Part shown: positions 26,613-42,068 of the stretch, one piece after another
How positions within the stretch are numbered: position 1 is the stretch's first letter
Layout of the letters: each line of letters starts with the position of its first letter
Origin: Eledone cirrhosa
Lineage: Eukaryota
Length of the DNA stretch: 64,000 bases
Assembly (NCBI GenBank): GCA_964016885.1
Contig: OZ024751.1
Coordinates: 20,274,001 to 20,338,000 of the forward strand
Direction of reading: 5' to 3'
Position numbers and translations under genes: made by a program
Notes under the pieces: model-generated
Told to the model about the DNA's origin: nothing
The model's database searches: none
Seen by the model: the letters and a program-made list of their open reading frames with translations, nothing else

Positions 26613-27200
26613 GTATCTTATCAGATCCCCTCCTAAGTACCTGAAATGGATGGTTCTATTCTCCTTCTCAAATTTCACCATCAAAATCTAATTTGATATT
26701 TTCACATTTGGCTTTCAATTGATTTGCCTCTCCTCAAAATAACTTGGCTTTATTTATTTATCTTCCTATTTTTTCTATCCTTGTCTAATCACACATCCTT
26801 TATTTTAACATCATTGCCGCCATTCATATAGCTTTTAAATAGATTCTTTAACTGGTTGTTGTCTTTTGTGAATTGTTTTAATCCTTCCTGGACCATATTT
26901 AAAAAAAAAAAGATACAGTCTACTTGGATTAATTAATGAAGAATTCGGTGAAGGTTTACTAAAATTATCAATTATTTCATTATTAAGCACGTATTTGTAA
27001 CAAAAGGATATATATATATATATATTTTTTTTTTTTTTGCAGACCCATCGAAACCGGTCATTTTTTATACCCTTTATTATTTCCTTACCTTATAAAATTA
27101 TGTTTTTTCACAAAAAAGTATTCTGTCTCTTATATATTCCATGTGCCATTACCAACCTCAATTTTCTCTATAACCTTCGCTTTGTGTAGAAAATTACACT

Positions 27201-27272
<72 letters not shown>

Positions 27273-27465
27273 CACTATAGAAGTACTAAAACTAAATTGT
27301 AAAAAAATAACACTATTGAAGTACTAAAACTAAATTGTAAAAAATATATATATATTGCAAGGCTAATGCTCTAACCACTAAGCCATGTGCCTCCATATGT
27401 GTGTGTGTGTGTGTGTATATATATATGAGATGTGAGAAAAACCACAGACCCTCCATCTCAACTCA

Positions 27466-27503
27466 CCTTTTGAAAAGCAGAAGAACTGCGAAACCGGTAG
27501 AGG
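27466..27503 (+). ncRNA. Minimal hammerhead motif with U3-A8 core variant (GUA site after 27499)
   Basis: CCUU-UUGAAAA-GCAG aagaa CUGC-GAA-ACCGGU-A-GAGG; lies in a ~230-bp unit between TA runs. Confidence 0.7.
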
Positions 27504-27686
27504 AACCAAATAAATATATATATTTAAAAAATAAAAAATAAAAAAAATAAAATAAGACTTCAGTTGCATTTTCGATTTCATCTCTTTTTCTTTATACTTT
27601 CACCCGTGTAGGACACCTCGGTTATTTTTCATTTTGTAAAAAAAACCTCACTTTCTAATATATATAGAGAGAGAGAGAGAGAGAGA

Positions 27687-28027
27687 GGCACATGGCTTAG
27701 TGGTTAGAGCATTGGCCTTGCAATCGAAAGGTTGTGAGTTCAATTCTCAGACCGGGTGATGTGTTGTTTCCTTGAGCAAGACACTTTATTTCACATTGCT
27801 CCAGTTTACTCAGCTGTAGAAATGAGATGATAGGGACTGGGATCCCTATCATTCCACTGCAAAGTGGTCGTGGAGGTGCCACGGAAATAAAAGCACCCAG
27901 CACTCACTGTAAATGAGGTTGGTGTTAGGAAGGGCATCCAGCTGTAGAAATCAAGCCAGAATCAGTTCCCGTCCCACCCTTGCAAGCAGGGAGAAGCGGA
28001 CGTAAAATGATGATGATGATGATGATA
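27687..28027 (+). mobile_element. SINE S2-group copy ending in (GAT)n
   Basis: tRNA-like head, central domain and GGAAGGGCATCCAGCTGTAGAAA tail (tail fragments also near 6310-6390, 25325-25440 and 26000-26110). Confidence 0.8.
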
Positions 28028-28378
28028 TATATATATATATATGTGTGTGTGTGTAAAAGGTAAACAGAAATAACAACACAATCGGTACAGTATATGGAAG
28101 GGATATATTAGGTTCATGCTTGATATAGCAGGAAGAGGGTCTTAACGTTTCGGACGTTAGTCCTGCACCAGAAGAAAGAATGAGAAATAAGATAGATTGA
28201 GGGGACGGGCGGGTTAGAATTGGAAAAAATGTCTTTAGATAAAAATAACAGGTTCATTCATGTTGACATCTCTTTGTGTTGAAATGCTTTAGTTTAAGTA
28301 AAAACCCTTTGAAATGAACAATTTTGTTACATAGGACGAAAGCAGATTTTGAATAGGTGAGTACCAAAAGGGTTAAAT

Positions 28379-28522
28379 CAAGCATGAGCAAACTGCGGCT
28401 CGCGAGCCGCATGCGGCCCGTTTCGTTTTCTGAATTGCATTGAATTTTTTAGTAGTGCGGTTCGCCTTATGATGTGCTACATCCTATGCGGCCCACTGTT
28501 CGAAAAAGGTGGCCCATGCCTG
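28379..28522. mobile_element. hAT (Charlie-like) MITE
   Basis: TIRs CAAGCATGAGC / GCCCATGCCTG; perfect 8-bp TSD GGTTAAAT. Confidence 0.85.
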
Positions 28523-28854
28523 GGTTAAATCTTCTATATAAACAACGACCTTCCAATCTATTACACTTTAAGTACCTCAAAATGAAAATATGTCAAATGG
28601 AAAGTATGTCACTAAGTTGTTACAATAAAGTGTTGATAAATCAATAATAAAAAACTGTAGAACTAAAAAAATAATCGATCATTAAACCTGATTTTACATC
28701 TTTGAATATAATCCTCGGAAATAGTTGAATATAATCCTCGGAAATAGTGCTACGAGGTACAACACTTTTTCTATGCAAACAAGACACGTTCATTTCAATA
28801 GCACAACTAGTATGGCAGACATCCTGCTTAACATGTTCTCAATATTACAACACA

Positions 28855-29425
28855 AGAGGTTGCTGAGTTACATATATATCATTAGAGTGTCAGACTAAAT
28901 GTTTTCTGACATAGTTATGGGCCTTTATGGTCTGAGTTCAAATGCGTTTCATCCTTACAGAGCCGATAAAATAAAGTACCAGTAATTCACTGGTTTATTT
29001 GCTGGCCTTGTGCCAAAAGTAGAAGCAATTATTATTGGGGGTTGGCAGTACGAGTAGAGTGCCGGATACCATGCTTTCACGGTACTGAGTTACGGACCTT
29101 TACGTTCTGAGTTCAAATCCCGCTATGGTTATCTTTGTCTTTCATCCTTACGGGGTCGATAAAATAAAGTACCAGTAATACACTGGGGTAATTACTGGGG
29201 TCGATTTAATCGACTTTCCTCTCCCCCAAAATTTCTGGCCTTGTGCCTATATAAGAAACCGATATTACAACAAAACACAAGAGGCTGGTGAGTTGGAAGA
29301 ATCATTAGAGTGCCAGACTAAATGTTTTGTGACATATAGTTATGGACCTTTATATTCTGAGTTCAAATCCTGCTGAAGTCATCAGTGCCTGCCTTCCACC
29401 CTTTCGAGGTCAATGAAATAAAGAG
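28855..29425 (+). mobile_element. Cluster of three SINE S1 copies
   Basis: Repeated CTGAGTTCAAAT and TTTCATCCTTAC blocks. Confidence 0.75.
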
Positions 29426-29961
29426 CTGAATAATTACTGCTAAGCATTTTGCCCGACGCTCTAACAACTCATTCAATCCAAGCCAATCCATTGCCCTTGT
29501 CAACAGCCAACAATAGTTTCATATTTAGACACAAGGCAAACAGTTTTTTAGCTGCTCAACATTACCAAACTTAGACCAATTACATCAATTGTCAAGTCAA
29601 GAGTACTCAAATTATATCTAATCTAATCTAATGTAATTTGGTTGAGTTTACACTCGCAAATAAGAAGGACCAAGGCCGCCTCTAGGAGCATTGTATTTGG
29701 TGTACTTCATATTTGTTTCGGTTGCTGAATACAATCAGGGGTCGTTGCTTGTCCTGAAGGTCAATAGTTTTCTTCTAACTCGAACGGGAGCCCCTTTCCA
29801 TTGTCAATTTGCATTGATCATCTGCAAAGCCGCATTATTCTCAGAACCACTGCACCAGTCTTTCGATGCGTGCAGCTGGGACTTCTGCACCCCATTGATT
29901 TGGCAGTAGTTTTTTGTTTATTTTTAGATAGCCGTTGACTCTCATGAGTTCTTCCGCCCTT

Positions 29962-30141
29962 TGTCTACTTCTGGCACTAGGCCAGCAATTACCCAGTATG
30001 TTACTGGTACTTTATTTTATCGACCCCGCAACGATGAAAGGCAAAGTTAACCTTGGTGGGGTTTGAACTCAGTCCGTAAAAGGACGTAACTATGCAGCAA
30101 AGCATGGCGTCCTCCCTCTACCGATACTACCAATCCACCGC
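29962..30141 (-). mobile_element. SINE S1
   Basis: Reverse complement match to 1733-1917. Confidence 0.85.
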
Positions 30142-30668
30142 CCTAAAGATATAATGACCACCACTGAGCCGCTAATGATGATTTAAAAAAAAAACAGAAA
30201 TCAAGGGTAATGTGACAGGGAAAACGGAGCTGGCTGTTCATGTGGGGGTAGGGAAGTTTCAATAAGAAGACAGTGAAAAGAAAGATTTCGATAGATATAA
30301 TAACATAAACACACACATGTGCACAACTTACTAAAAGTCACGTTATCAACAAGACCACACATACAAAATAGATAACAAAAACTAAAGAATAAACAAACAA
30401 AAGACAAACGACTATACAACAAAATAACAAAATTGTTTCTCAAAAAAAAAAAAAAAAAAAAAAGCATAACAAATAAAACAAGCAAAAATAAAATAAGATA
30501 AAAATTAAGTCAGACAGAAACCCACCCTGCTCCTCACACTACCCCTTTCTCGTGTAACCTTCAGCCCCCACCTCATAACCCCAGAAGAAGACAAGGAGAC
30601 AATTTATCACAGCAAATTAACCTTAGTAAAAACAAAAACTACATATATTATATATATATATATATATT

Positions 30669-30751
<83 letters not shown>

Positions 30752-30888
30752 GCACATATATATATAGAGAGAGATAGATAGATAGATATATATACATATA
30801 CATATATATATATATATACATACATATATATATATATGTGTGTGTATATATATATGTGTGTGTGTGTGTGTATATATATTTCTGTGTG

Positions 30889-30952
<64 letters not shown>

Positions 30953-30973
30953 AATATACACACATATAAATAT

Positions 30974-31036
<63 letters not shown>

Positions 31037-31206
31037 AGAATAAAGAACAGACAGTGAACTAAGTGGAATATTTGAGAGAATGTGATGTGTGTTTGGGATG
31101 GTGTATATTTCCTAATAACAGAAACTATTTAAAGAATACTTACAGAGAACATAATTGGAATGGTTAGATCTTTGCTATCAAAAATAATATATAAAAAGAA
31201 AATTAA

Positions 31207-31664
31207 TAATTGTTTCTACTTTTGGCACAAATATACCAGTGTATTACTGGTACTTTATTTTACCGACCCCGTAAGGATGAAAGGCAAAGTCAACCTCGGC
31301 AGGATTTGAACTCAGACCATAAAGGGCCGTAACTCTATGCTGCAAAGCATGGCGTCCGGTCCTCTACCGATACTGCCAATCTACAATAATAATAATCATG
31401 GTTTCTGGTTTAGGCACAAGGCCAGCGATTTTGGAGTAGAGGTAAGTCGATTAAATCGACCCCAGTGAATTACTGGTGCTTTATTTATCGACCACGTAAG
31501 GATGAAAGGCAAGGCTTTGCCTTTCATCCTTACGATAAATAAAGTACCAGTAATTCACTTTCATCCTTTCGAGGTCGATAAAAAAAAGTACCAGTCCAGT
31601 CGATTTTTTTCCTCTACATAAAAAATGGGCCGTGTTCAGACTTGGAGAGGGCTGGGCCCTGCCA

Positions 31665-31670
<6 letters not shown>
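31207..31670. mobile_element. SINE S1 cluster (minus copy, rearranged copies, variant tail)
   Basis: Several S1 cores in both orientations. Confidence 0.75.
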
Positions 31671-31732
<62 letters not shown>

Positions 31733-31733
31733 C

Positions 31734-31932
31734 AAAATTTAGTACAGCATCAACGAAGTTCTGGTTGCAGCCAAGCTAACGAATGCAGTCTCGGTGTGCA
31801 GCTAAGCACTCAATAGGGTATATAACCCTAGAGTTATAACATTACGTTTAGACAGCTTTGCAAATCGAATACAGCGACCGATAGACGGGCCGCAGTGACC
31901 ATAGCGACGAAGAAAACCGAACTCAGGAAAAG
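31734..31932. mobile_element. Unclassified ~200-bp repeat next to (TA)n; diverged inverted relative at 54668-54867
   Basis: TTTAGTACAGCAT...CCAAGCTA...AACATTACGTT.AGACAGCTT.GCAAATC...CAGGAAAAGA blocks are shared. Confidence 0.6.
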
Positions 31933-32311
31933 ATGTTTGACTATATGTATATATCTGTGTGTGTCGCCACCCCATCTATGGTTCAGCTAACCACCCGACC
32001 CCCGGGAATGAATATGACCGCAGCTAGTAAACAAGGACCAACACCCCACCCTCCCGCACCAAAATTAGACTTATCGTCCCCTACTTTTGCTCTTTACTCT
32101 CTTTACTCTTTGTTCTTGGGTGTTTGGTTGGTAGAGTCCATAACACCAATCAAACCCCTTTTATAGCTCTGATGAATCCTACGGTTACACGTAAGGAAGA
32201 AACATTGTTAGCCAATAAAAATCTTTTGATGTTGTAGACGCTCTTGTGTTCTTTTTCATATATATATATATATATATATATACAGTATATATATATATAT
32301 ATATATATATA

Positions 32312-32436
32312 AAAGGAGGTGATAAAAACCAGATAGACCATTATTCAACAGAGTACTCGATACTTGGGTAATATGAACGGGGTTTTAGCTGTCGAAACGA
32401 CCGGAGCTCAGCTGTCGGGGTCCCGAATTTTTCATA
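32312..32436. mobile_element. Diverged family A relative, non-overlapping inversion form
   Basis: ACCAGATAGACCAT...GAGTACTCGATACTTGGG plus TAGCTGTCGAAACGACCGGAGCTCAGCTGTCGGGGTC; TA-flanked. Confidence 0.65.
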
Positions 32437-32454
32437 TATATATCTAAAGTCTAA

Positions 32455-32732
32455 AGTCTGTCTTAAGCCAGAAGGCTCATTTAGCCGGTGCTTATCCCGG
32501 TTTCATGGCGTGAAACGACTGAGAGTACAAGACTCCCCCCCCCCCTGGACAGGACGCCAGTCCATCGCAGGGTTAAACCTCCAGCTATTGCTGGTATTCA
32601 TTCACAGCTTAGTATACTGGAGCAACGTGAAATGAAGTGTTTTGCTCAAGAACACAACACGCAGCCCAGGAATCGAGCCCACGACATTATGAACGTAAGT
32701 CCAACACTCTTACCACTAGGCCACGTGCCTAC
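32455..32732 (-). mobile_element. SINE S2-group copy
   Basis: Reverse tRNA-like head (CCACTAGGCCACGTGCC) and TTGCTCAAGAACACAAC domain. Confidence 0.75.
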
Positions 32733-32754
32733 ACTATATATATATATATATACG

Positions 32755-32799
<45 letters not shown>

Positions 32800-32919
32800 T
32801 ATAAGACCGATATTAGTTTACTAAAAACCAACACCAAATTGTAACAAAATATATTTTGTAAAATTATTTTAAACAAAAATGAAAAGAATAAAAAGAAAAG
32901 TACATCAAAAATAATGAGT

Positions 32920-34920
<2,001 letters not shown>

Positions 34921-35048
34921 TGCGGGTGGGTGGAGTAGTAAAATAACTTTCTCATTATTAAGCTGATGTTTGGAACATAATAACAAAGGTTCTTACAAAT
35001 ATATTTATGGTGGAAGTTGAACAGTTTTGTATCATAGAACCAGGAGTG

Positions 35049-36296
35049 TTTGGAACATAACTTAACAAAGGTTCTTTCATAAAATTATGATGGAAGGTTT
35101 TCAGATAAATATAAACACTTTAAAACAAACAGTTTTGTATCATAGAAGGGTGTTTGGAACATAACTTAACAAAGGTTCTTACTTAAAATTATGATGGAAG
35201 GTTTTCAGATAAATATAAACACTTTAAAACAAACAGTTTTGTATCATAGAAGGGTGTTTGGAACATAACTTAACAAAGGTTCTTACTTAAAATTATGATG
35301 GAAGGTTTTCAGATAAATATAAACACTTTAAAACAAACAGTTTTGTATCATAGAAGGGTGTTTGTGACATAACTTAACAAAGGTTCTTACTTAAAATTAT
35401 GATGGAAGGTGTTCAGATAAATATAAACACTTTAAAACAAACAGTTTTGTATCATAGAAGGGTGTTTGGAACATAACTTAACAAGGGTTCTTACATAAAA
35501 TTATGATGGAAGGTTTTCAGATAAATATAAACACTTTAAAACAAACAGTTTTGTATCATAGAAGGGTGTTTGGAACATAACTTAACAAAGGTTCTTACTT
35601 AAAATTATGATGGAAGGTTTTCAGATAAATATAAACACTTTAAAACAAACAGTTTTGTATCATAGAAGGGTGTTTGGAACATAACTTAACAAAGGTTCTT
35701 ACTTAAAATTATGATGGAAGGTTTTCAGATAAATATAAACACTTTAAAACAAACAGTTTTGTATCATAGAAGGGTGTTTGGAACATAACTTAACAAGGGT
35801 TCTTACATAAAATTATGATGGAAGGTTTTCAGATAAATATAAACACTTTAAAACAAACAGTTTTGTATCATAGAAGGGTGTTTGGAACATAACTTAACAA
35901 AGGTTCTTACTTAAAATTATGATGGAAGGTTTTCAGATAAATATAAACACTTTAAAACAAACAGTTTTGTATCATAGAAGGGTGTTTGGAACATAACTTA
36001 ACAAAGGTTCTTACTTAAAATTATGATGGAAGGTTTTCAGATAAATATAAACACTTTAAAACAAACAGTTTTGTATCATAGAAGGGTGTTTGGAACATAA
36101 CTTAACAAGGGTTCTTACATAAAATTATGATGGAAGGTTTTCAGATAAATATAAACACTTTAAAACAAACAGTTTTGTATCATAGAAGGGTGTTTGGAAC
36201 ATAACTTAACAAGGGTTCTTACATAAAATTATAATCGAGGGCTTTCAGATAAATATAAACACCTTGAAACAAACGGTTTTGGATTATAGAACCAGT
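35049..36296. repeat. 104-bp tandem satellite, ~12 near-identical copies with degenerate edges (about 34945-36520)
   Basis: TTTGGAACATAAC landmark every 104 bp (35049, 35153, 35257 ... 36193). Confidence 0.95.
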
Positions 36297-36559
36297 TGTG
36301 ATTGGAACATAACTTAACGAAGGTTCTTACATATATAATTATGATAGAGGTTTACAGTTTTGTATTGTAGAAGTAGGGGTTTTTGGAACTTAACTTAACA
36401 AAGGTTCTTAAATATAGAATTATGATGGAATATATTTTTAGATAAATATGGGCAGTTTAAAAGAAACCCTTCTGTATTGTAGAACCAAGGGTACTTTAAA
36501 ATAAACAGTGTTGTATTGTAGAAGTAGTAATAAAGGATAAAATAAGGATAAAGATCACA

Positions 36560-36840
36560 TAACTCCTTGTGGAGTCGTAGAGGCTCTGTCATACGGCGTG
36601 TCTAAGGCACTTTTAAACCTGGCGGAGCCCGACCCCTCTCCAGGTCTGAACACAGTCAATTGGTTCTAGAGAGGAAGAATCGACCTCAGTACTGGACTGG
36701 TACTTTTCTTATCGACCTCGAAAGGCTGAAAGGTAAAGTTGACCACGGCTGGGATTTGAACTCAGAGCTCGTAATGAGGTGGGACGAATACCTTAAAGTA
36801 TTCTATCAGACGTCATAACGACTCTGCCAATTCGCCGCCA
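36560..36840 (-). mobile_element. SINE S1 variant with alternative tail
   Basis: CTGCCAATTCGCCGCC head end, GATTTGAACTCAG B-box, CCAGGTCTGAACAC tail. Confidence 0.7.
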
Positions 36841-37011
36841 AATTGGAGACGTATGTGGTCTTATAAGGGTTACATGAAAATGGGAAATGATTCTTTTGTC
36901 CACTTAAATGAACAATAGTCACATGTCATACTTGATATCAGACATTTCTGAAGATTACGTCAAATATGACATTAGTAAATTATGAATTGGTATATAACAA
37001 TCATATTGCTT

Positions 37012-37100
<89 letters not shown>

Positions 37101-37268
37101 TTTTTTTTATTTATATATATAAATATATACATATATTTGTATTTATTTATATATATATAAATATATATATATACATATATATTTCTTTTATTTATATATA
37201 TATGAATATATACATATGTACATTTTTATTTACATATATATATATAAATATATACATATATATATTTG

Positions 37269-37311
<43 letters not shown>

Positions 37312-38630
37312 TATCCATATATTTTTTTTATTTATATATATAAATATATACATATATATATATTTTTATTTACATATATAAATATATACACATATATATT
37401 TTTTATTTACATATACATATATATATAAATATATACATATATATGAGTATATACGTGTGCGTGTAATTTCTATTGGGAAATGACAATGTTAAAATATCAA
37501 CAATGTGGTATGGATTAATATGTGGCCGACTTGTATACTGTGGAAAAGAAACTATTGTAATATTTGTTAGAAATCAAAGTAAATTTTAGAAACATCCATT
37601 CCACCTGACGCCACCCAGCTAAACAATAAAATACTCATGACATTCAGCTGAAAACACTTGTATGCTATATATACACAAACAAGACTGTTATTGCTCCTAT
37701 TAGTCTTCTCAGCCTTAGTAAATAACCTAAACTTAACGCCACCCCGTAGCTTTTATATTTATATATTTATATATATATATATCAAGTAAGAATATTTTCG
37801 AAACAGCGAACGGGTTAGAAATTAGAAATATAAGCTATCGCCGTATTTTGACTAAAGAAACCACTGGTAAATGAAATAATTATCTTATGTTGTTTATTAC
37901 ATAACTAAAAAGCTCTTCATTTATATATAATATATATATATATACATATATATATATACATATATATGTAATATATATATATATACACACACATATAATA
38001 TAGATGTTTAATATATATATTTAGAGAGAGAGAGAGAGATAGATAGATAGATACATATATGTCTATATACAGACACATATAGAGAGAAATTATATGAATG
38101 CATAAATCAGCAAAAATACTTGCCACAGACTCACTGTGCTAGAAAGTGCAGCAAAATCTCCTCAACCTTGCTCCTCCCCCAATTCCATTCTCAGAGAAAA
38201 TGGCTAGCATGTCGTGTTCAGATTGTTAGAAAACACACGAAAAACTTTAATTATTGTAAATTTTATCTCGTTTTATTACCGGTCAACTTACAAACAAACT
38301 TCCTTTTATAAGTATTATATATATATAATGTGTGTATACATTTTTGGGACAGCCTGTATGTATATATACACACACACACACACACACATATATATACACA
38401 TACACACATACACACACATATATATACACATACACACATACACACATACACACACACACATATATATACAGATACACACATACACACACATATATATACA
38501 CATACACACATACACACATACACACACACACATATATATACACATACACACATACACACACATATATATACACATACACACATACACACATACACACACA
38601 CACATACACACACGCACATATATATATATA

Positions 38631-38788
38631 TAAGGAACCAGGTGGACCATAACGCACCAGAGTACTCGATACTTTGGGTGGTAGAGTGGGTAATAGAAAA
38701 AGTGTCAGAACCCCGACGGCAGACACCTATTTCTGGACTAGTCCAGAAATAGGTGTCGAAACGGCTTGAGCTCTGCCGTCGGGGTTCT
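38631..38788 (-). mobile_element. Family A element (partly deleted)
   Basis: Centre TTTCTGGACTAGTCCAGAAA palindrome; TA-flanked. Confidence 0.8.
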
Positions 38789-38795
38789 TATATAT

Positions 38796-38983
38796 AAGTT
38801 TATCCCGGGTTCAATCGGGGGTAACCACAGTAAGTAAGGTACTCAATACATAGCAGAGTATAAATATTTAATATAAAAAGGCTTCTACAGGACTAGAACT
38901 GTTTCATTGGGTAGAAATCATCAGGCTTCCTGATGATTTCTACCGAATGAAACAGTTCTAGTCCTGTAGAAGCTTTTCTATAT

Positions 38984-38990
<7 letters not shown>
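38796..38990 (-). mobile_element. Fold-back hammerhead element (family E)
   Basis: 38865-38925 is inverted at 38929-38990; ~65-bp tail; related copy at 53825-53888. Confidence 0.8.
38924..38974 (+). ncRNA. Type I hammerhead motif (GUA site after 38968)
   Basis: GGCUUC-CUGAUGA-uUUC uacc GAAu-GAA-ACAGuucuagucCUGU-A-GAAGCU. Confidence 0.8.
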
Positions 38991-39326
<336 letters not shown>

Positions 39327-39869
39327 GGGGAGTTACCAATTTCAACTAGTAAGACCATATTCAACTAAGTACTCGATACTAGGGAAAGTAGAGTCACTAC
39401 ATACATTTATATGTGTTTGTGTGTTTGTGTATGTGTATCAACAGCACTCCTCAATAGTCTAGTGAAGCTAAAAATACTTGAAACTTCCTAAATGTAATAT
39501 ATAGCTCCAGTAACTCATAGGAGAGACCTCTCAGACTTATTAACATTTAATGAAGCAAAGGTTAAATAATTGACATAACCCTGTTTTACTCCACTTCACA
39601 TCTCTCTCTCTCTCTATCTATCTATATATATCTTTCTCTCTCTATCTATCTATCTCTCTCTATATATATATAATAAATAAATAAATAAATTCCATTGTTA
39701 ATTAATAAATAAATTAACTAATACCTTAACACTTCACACAAAGTAGAATATTTTGTTTTAAACATTTTTTAACCCAGAAAAAAGAGAAAAAAAATAAAAG
39801 GAAAAAAATATATTTTTCTTCATAATAATCGTCTTTTTCTCCCTATTTTCATATATATATATATAAATC

Positions 39870-39902
<33 letters not shown>

Positions 39903-40020
39903 ATCCCCCCCCCATCTCTCTCTCTCCCTCTCTTCATCAATATCTCTCTCTCTCTATTTCCCTTTCTATCTTTTTAGAACTCTCTCCCTCTCTCTCTCTC
40001 TCTCACATACACACAGATGT

Positions 40021-40115
40021 AGAGTGCAGGAGAGAAGACTGCCATGGTATGGCCATCTGGTTCGTATGGATGATGATCGTTAGGTGAAGAAGTGCCAAGA
40101 AATTCCAGTAGAAAT
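40021..40115 (+). pseudogene. RTE-clade LINE ORF C-terminal fragment
   Basis: RVQERRLPWYGHLVRMDDDR*VKKCQEIPVE matches the RRLRW(F/Y)GHVxRM motif. Confidence 0.7.
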
Positions 40116-40437
40116 AAGGTATTTTGTCGAGAGAAATCTACGTGATGAAAGGTCACATCCTACACGAGGTGCCTCTGATACGGCTGTCATAGGATAGCTA
40201 ACAGAACTGGTCGGATCTAAAAGAGTAAGCCTTGATAAAAAAAAAAAGATCCCGTTTGTCTCGTAGAAGGCAGTATGTCATGAGTCGATCATCAATTTAA
40301 TTAGATGACCACAACGTCATGAACATTGGTGGCTTTACAGATGATCAACCATTAATTCGACAACTGGTTGGCAGAACTGCTCCATTTAGCAGAGAAATAT
40401 GTGTGTACAGATGTGGTGAGCCGTATATATTCTAGAC

Positions 40438-40731
40438 CAGGCATGGGCAAACTTTTTAAAGAAGCGGGCCGCCTGAGATATGGTTCATCATCAGGCGGGC
40501 CGCAAGCGCTAATTTACATTTGTGCCCACATTAAAAACAAAGGGCGGTAACTCAGGTTGTTTTGATTTGTTTCTTCAGAATTCGTACACGTTGTTTTCCT
40601 CGATCGCAAAAATGATAGAAAGATAAATTATTACTGAAAAGTTGGGGTAAAAAAAAATCAGAAAGATTTCAGTTAAGTGACTTAGGTGAGCCATTCAGAA
40701 AGCTTCACGGGCCGCGGGTTGCCCGTGGCTG
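40438..40731. mobile_element. hAT (Charlie-like) MITE
   Basis: TIRs CAGGCATGGGCAA / TTGCCCGTGGCTG; TSD TTCTAGAC / TTCTATAC. Confidence 0.8.
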
Positions 40732-41703
40732 TTCTATACATTAGGAGGAATTACTCGAGAAGAAGAGAAGGAAGATCTGAACAGAGATTACCAGAGCTGA
40801 TCTGGTGGTGGTTGTGGGAATGGGAATAGTGGGGGTAGTACTGGTGGTGGTGGTGGAAAAGTAAACGGAAACAACCAAATCAAAATGAAAGAAATATATT
40901 AGTTTAACGCTTGATATAGTAGGAAAAGTGGCTTCACCTTTCGGGCACTAGTCCTTCAGCAGAAGATAGAATGGGAAATAATGGAAGAAATAGAAAGATA
41001 AAGAGTGAGAAGAAAAGGTGTTTTGTTTTGTTTTGTTTTGTTTAGAAAAAGCACGTGTGCTCTGTCAGCCATACTTTCCGACTTTGCAGAGAAAATCATC
41101 AATGCAAGGAACCAAGGATGTTTGACGTAACAACAGAGACCGGTGCAAAGAGGAAGTTATCGGTCAGGCCCCGGTATTGATATGTATGAAGCCTGTCATT
41201 AGCAAATCACAAGACTGATCCTTACTTCAGCAGCAAAAAGGAAAAGAAAAAACTCTGCTTTGAAATAATTGTTGTTCTTTTCGTTCTATGAAACCTGGGC
41301 TCTTGGTGGAGTCGTAGGAAGGACCCCATGACATACTTTCGTATTTTAGGTTTTTAAAACTCGGGTCTGAATACGATTCCATTAACGAAATTGCATTCAC
41401 ACATCCTTGATGAAGGTGAGGTTGTGTGATTAGAAGACACTTATCCAGGATGTTTCACAATGTAATAGAAGCATGAACTACTTGTATGTAGATACAAAAT
41501 ATATGTAACAGGATATGATACTACGGATGTGATATTTCTTGTGAAGCAGTAGCCGGATGTAGTTCTTAGTTAATTCTTAACATCCAGTATTGATTTATCA
41601 AAAAATTGTTAGACAACTAACTTGTTAAGTAAAATGTTTATAACTTTACTAATTGACAGTGTTGTGAGAAATTGCAGTATTAGAAAAAAAGACTTCATTA
41701 GAT

Positions 41704-41894
41704 AATTCTTTCTACTTTTGGCACAAGGCCAGCAATTAATTCCAGTACATTACTGGTACTTTATTTTATCGACCCCGTAAGGATGAAAGGCAAAGTTAAC
41801 CTCGGCGGGATTTGAACTCAGACATTAAAGGACCGTAACTCTATGCTGCGAAGCATGGCGTCCGCCCCTCTTCCGATACTGCCAATCCACCGCC
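41704..41894 (-). mobile_element. SINE S1 with TSD
   Basis: Flanking AAGACTTCA(T/A)TAGA direct repeats. Confidence 0.85.
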
Positions 41895-42068
41895 TAAGAC
41901 TTCAATAGAAAATGTGATTCAATCATAGTTTTATTTTGTACTTTTCAAGAATATCTAACCAATGCAGTTTATTGTGGTTTATTTATTCAAATATTTATAA
42001 TATCTTTACTAGGCGACAGTTTTGTGAAAATTTACAGTAAACTGAAGAAAAGATCTTTATAGTTAATA

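Noticed and set aside
29800-29850. FADD-like RT motif on the minus strand
   Set aside because: No flanking RT motifs in frame; a similar GGCTTT.CAGATGATCAA string at about 40330 suggests a non-coding repeat.
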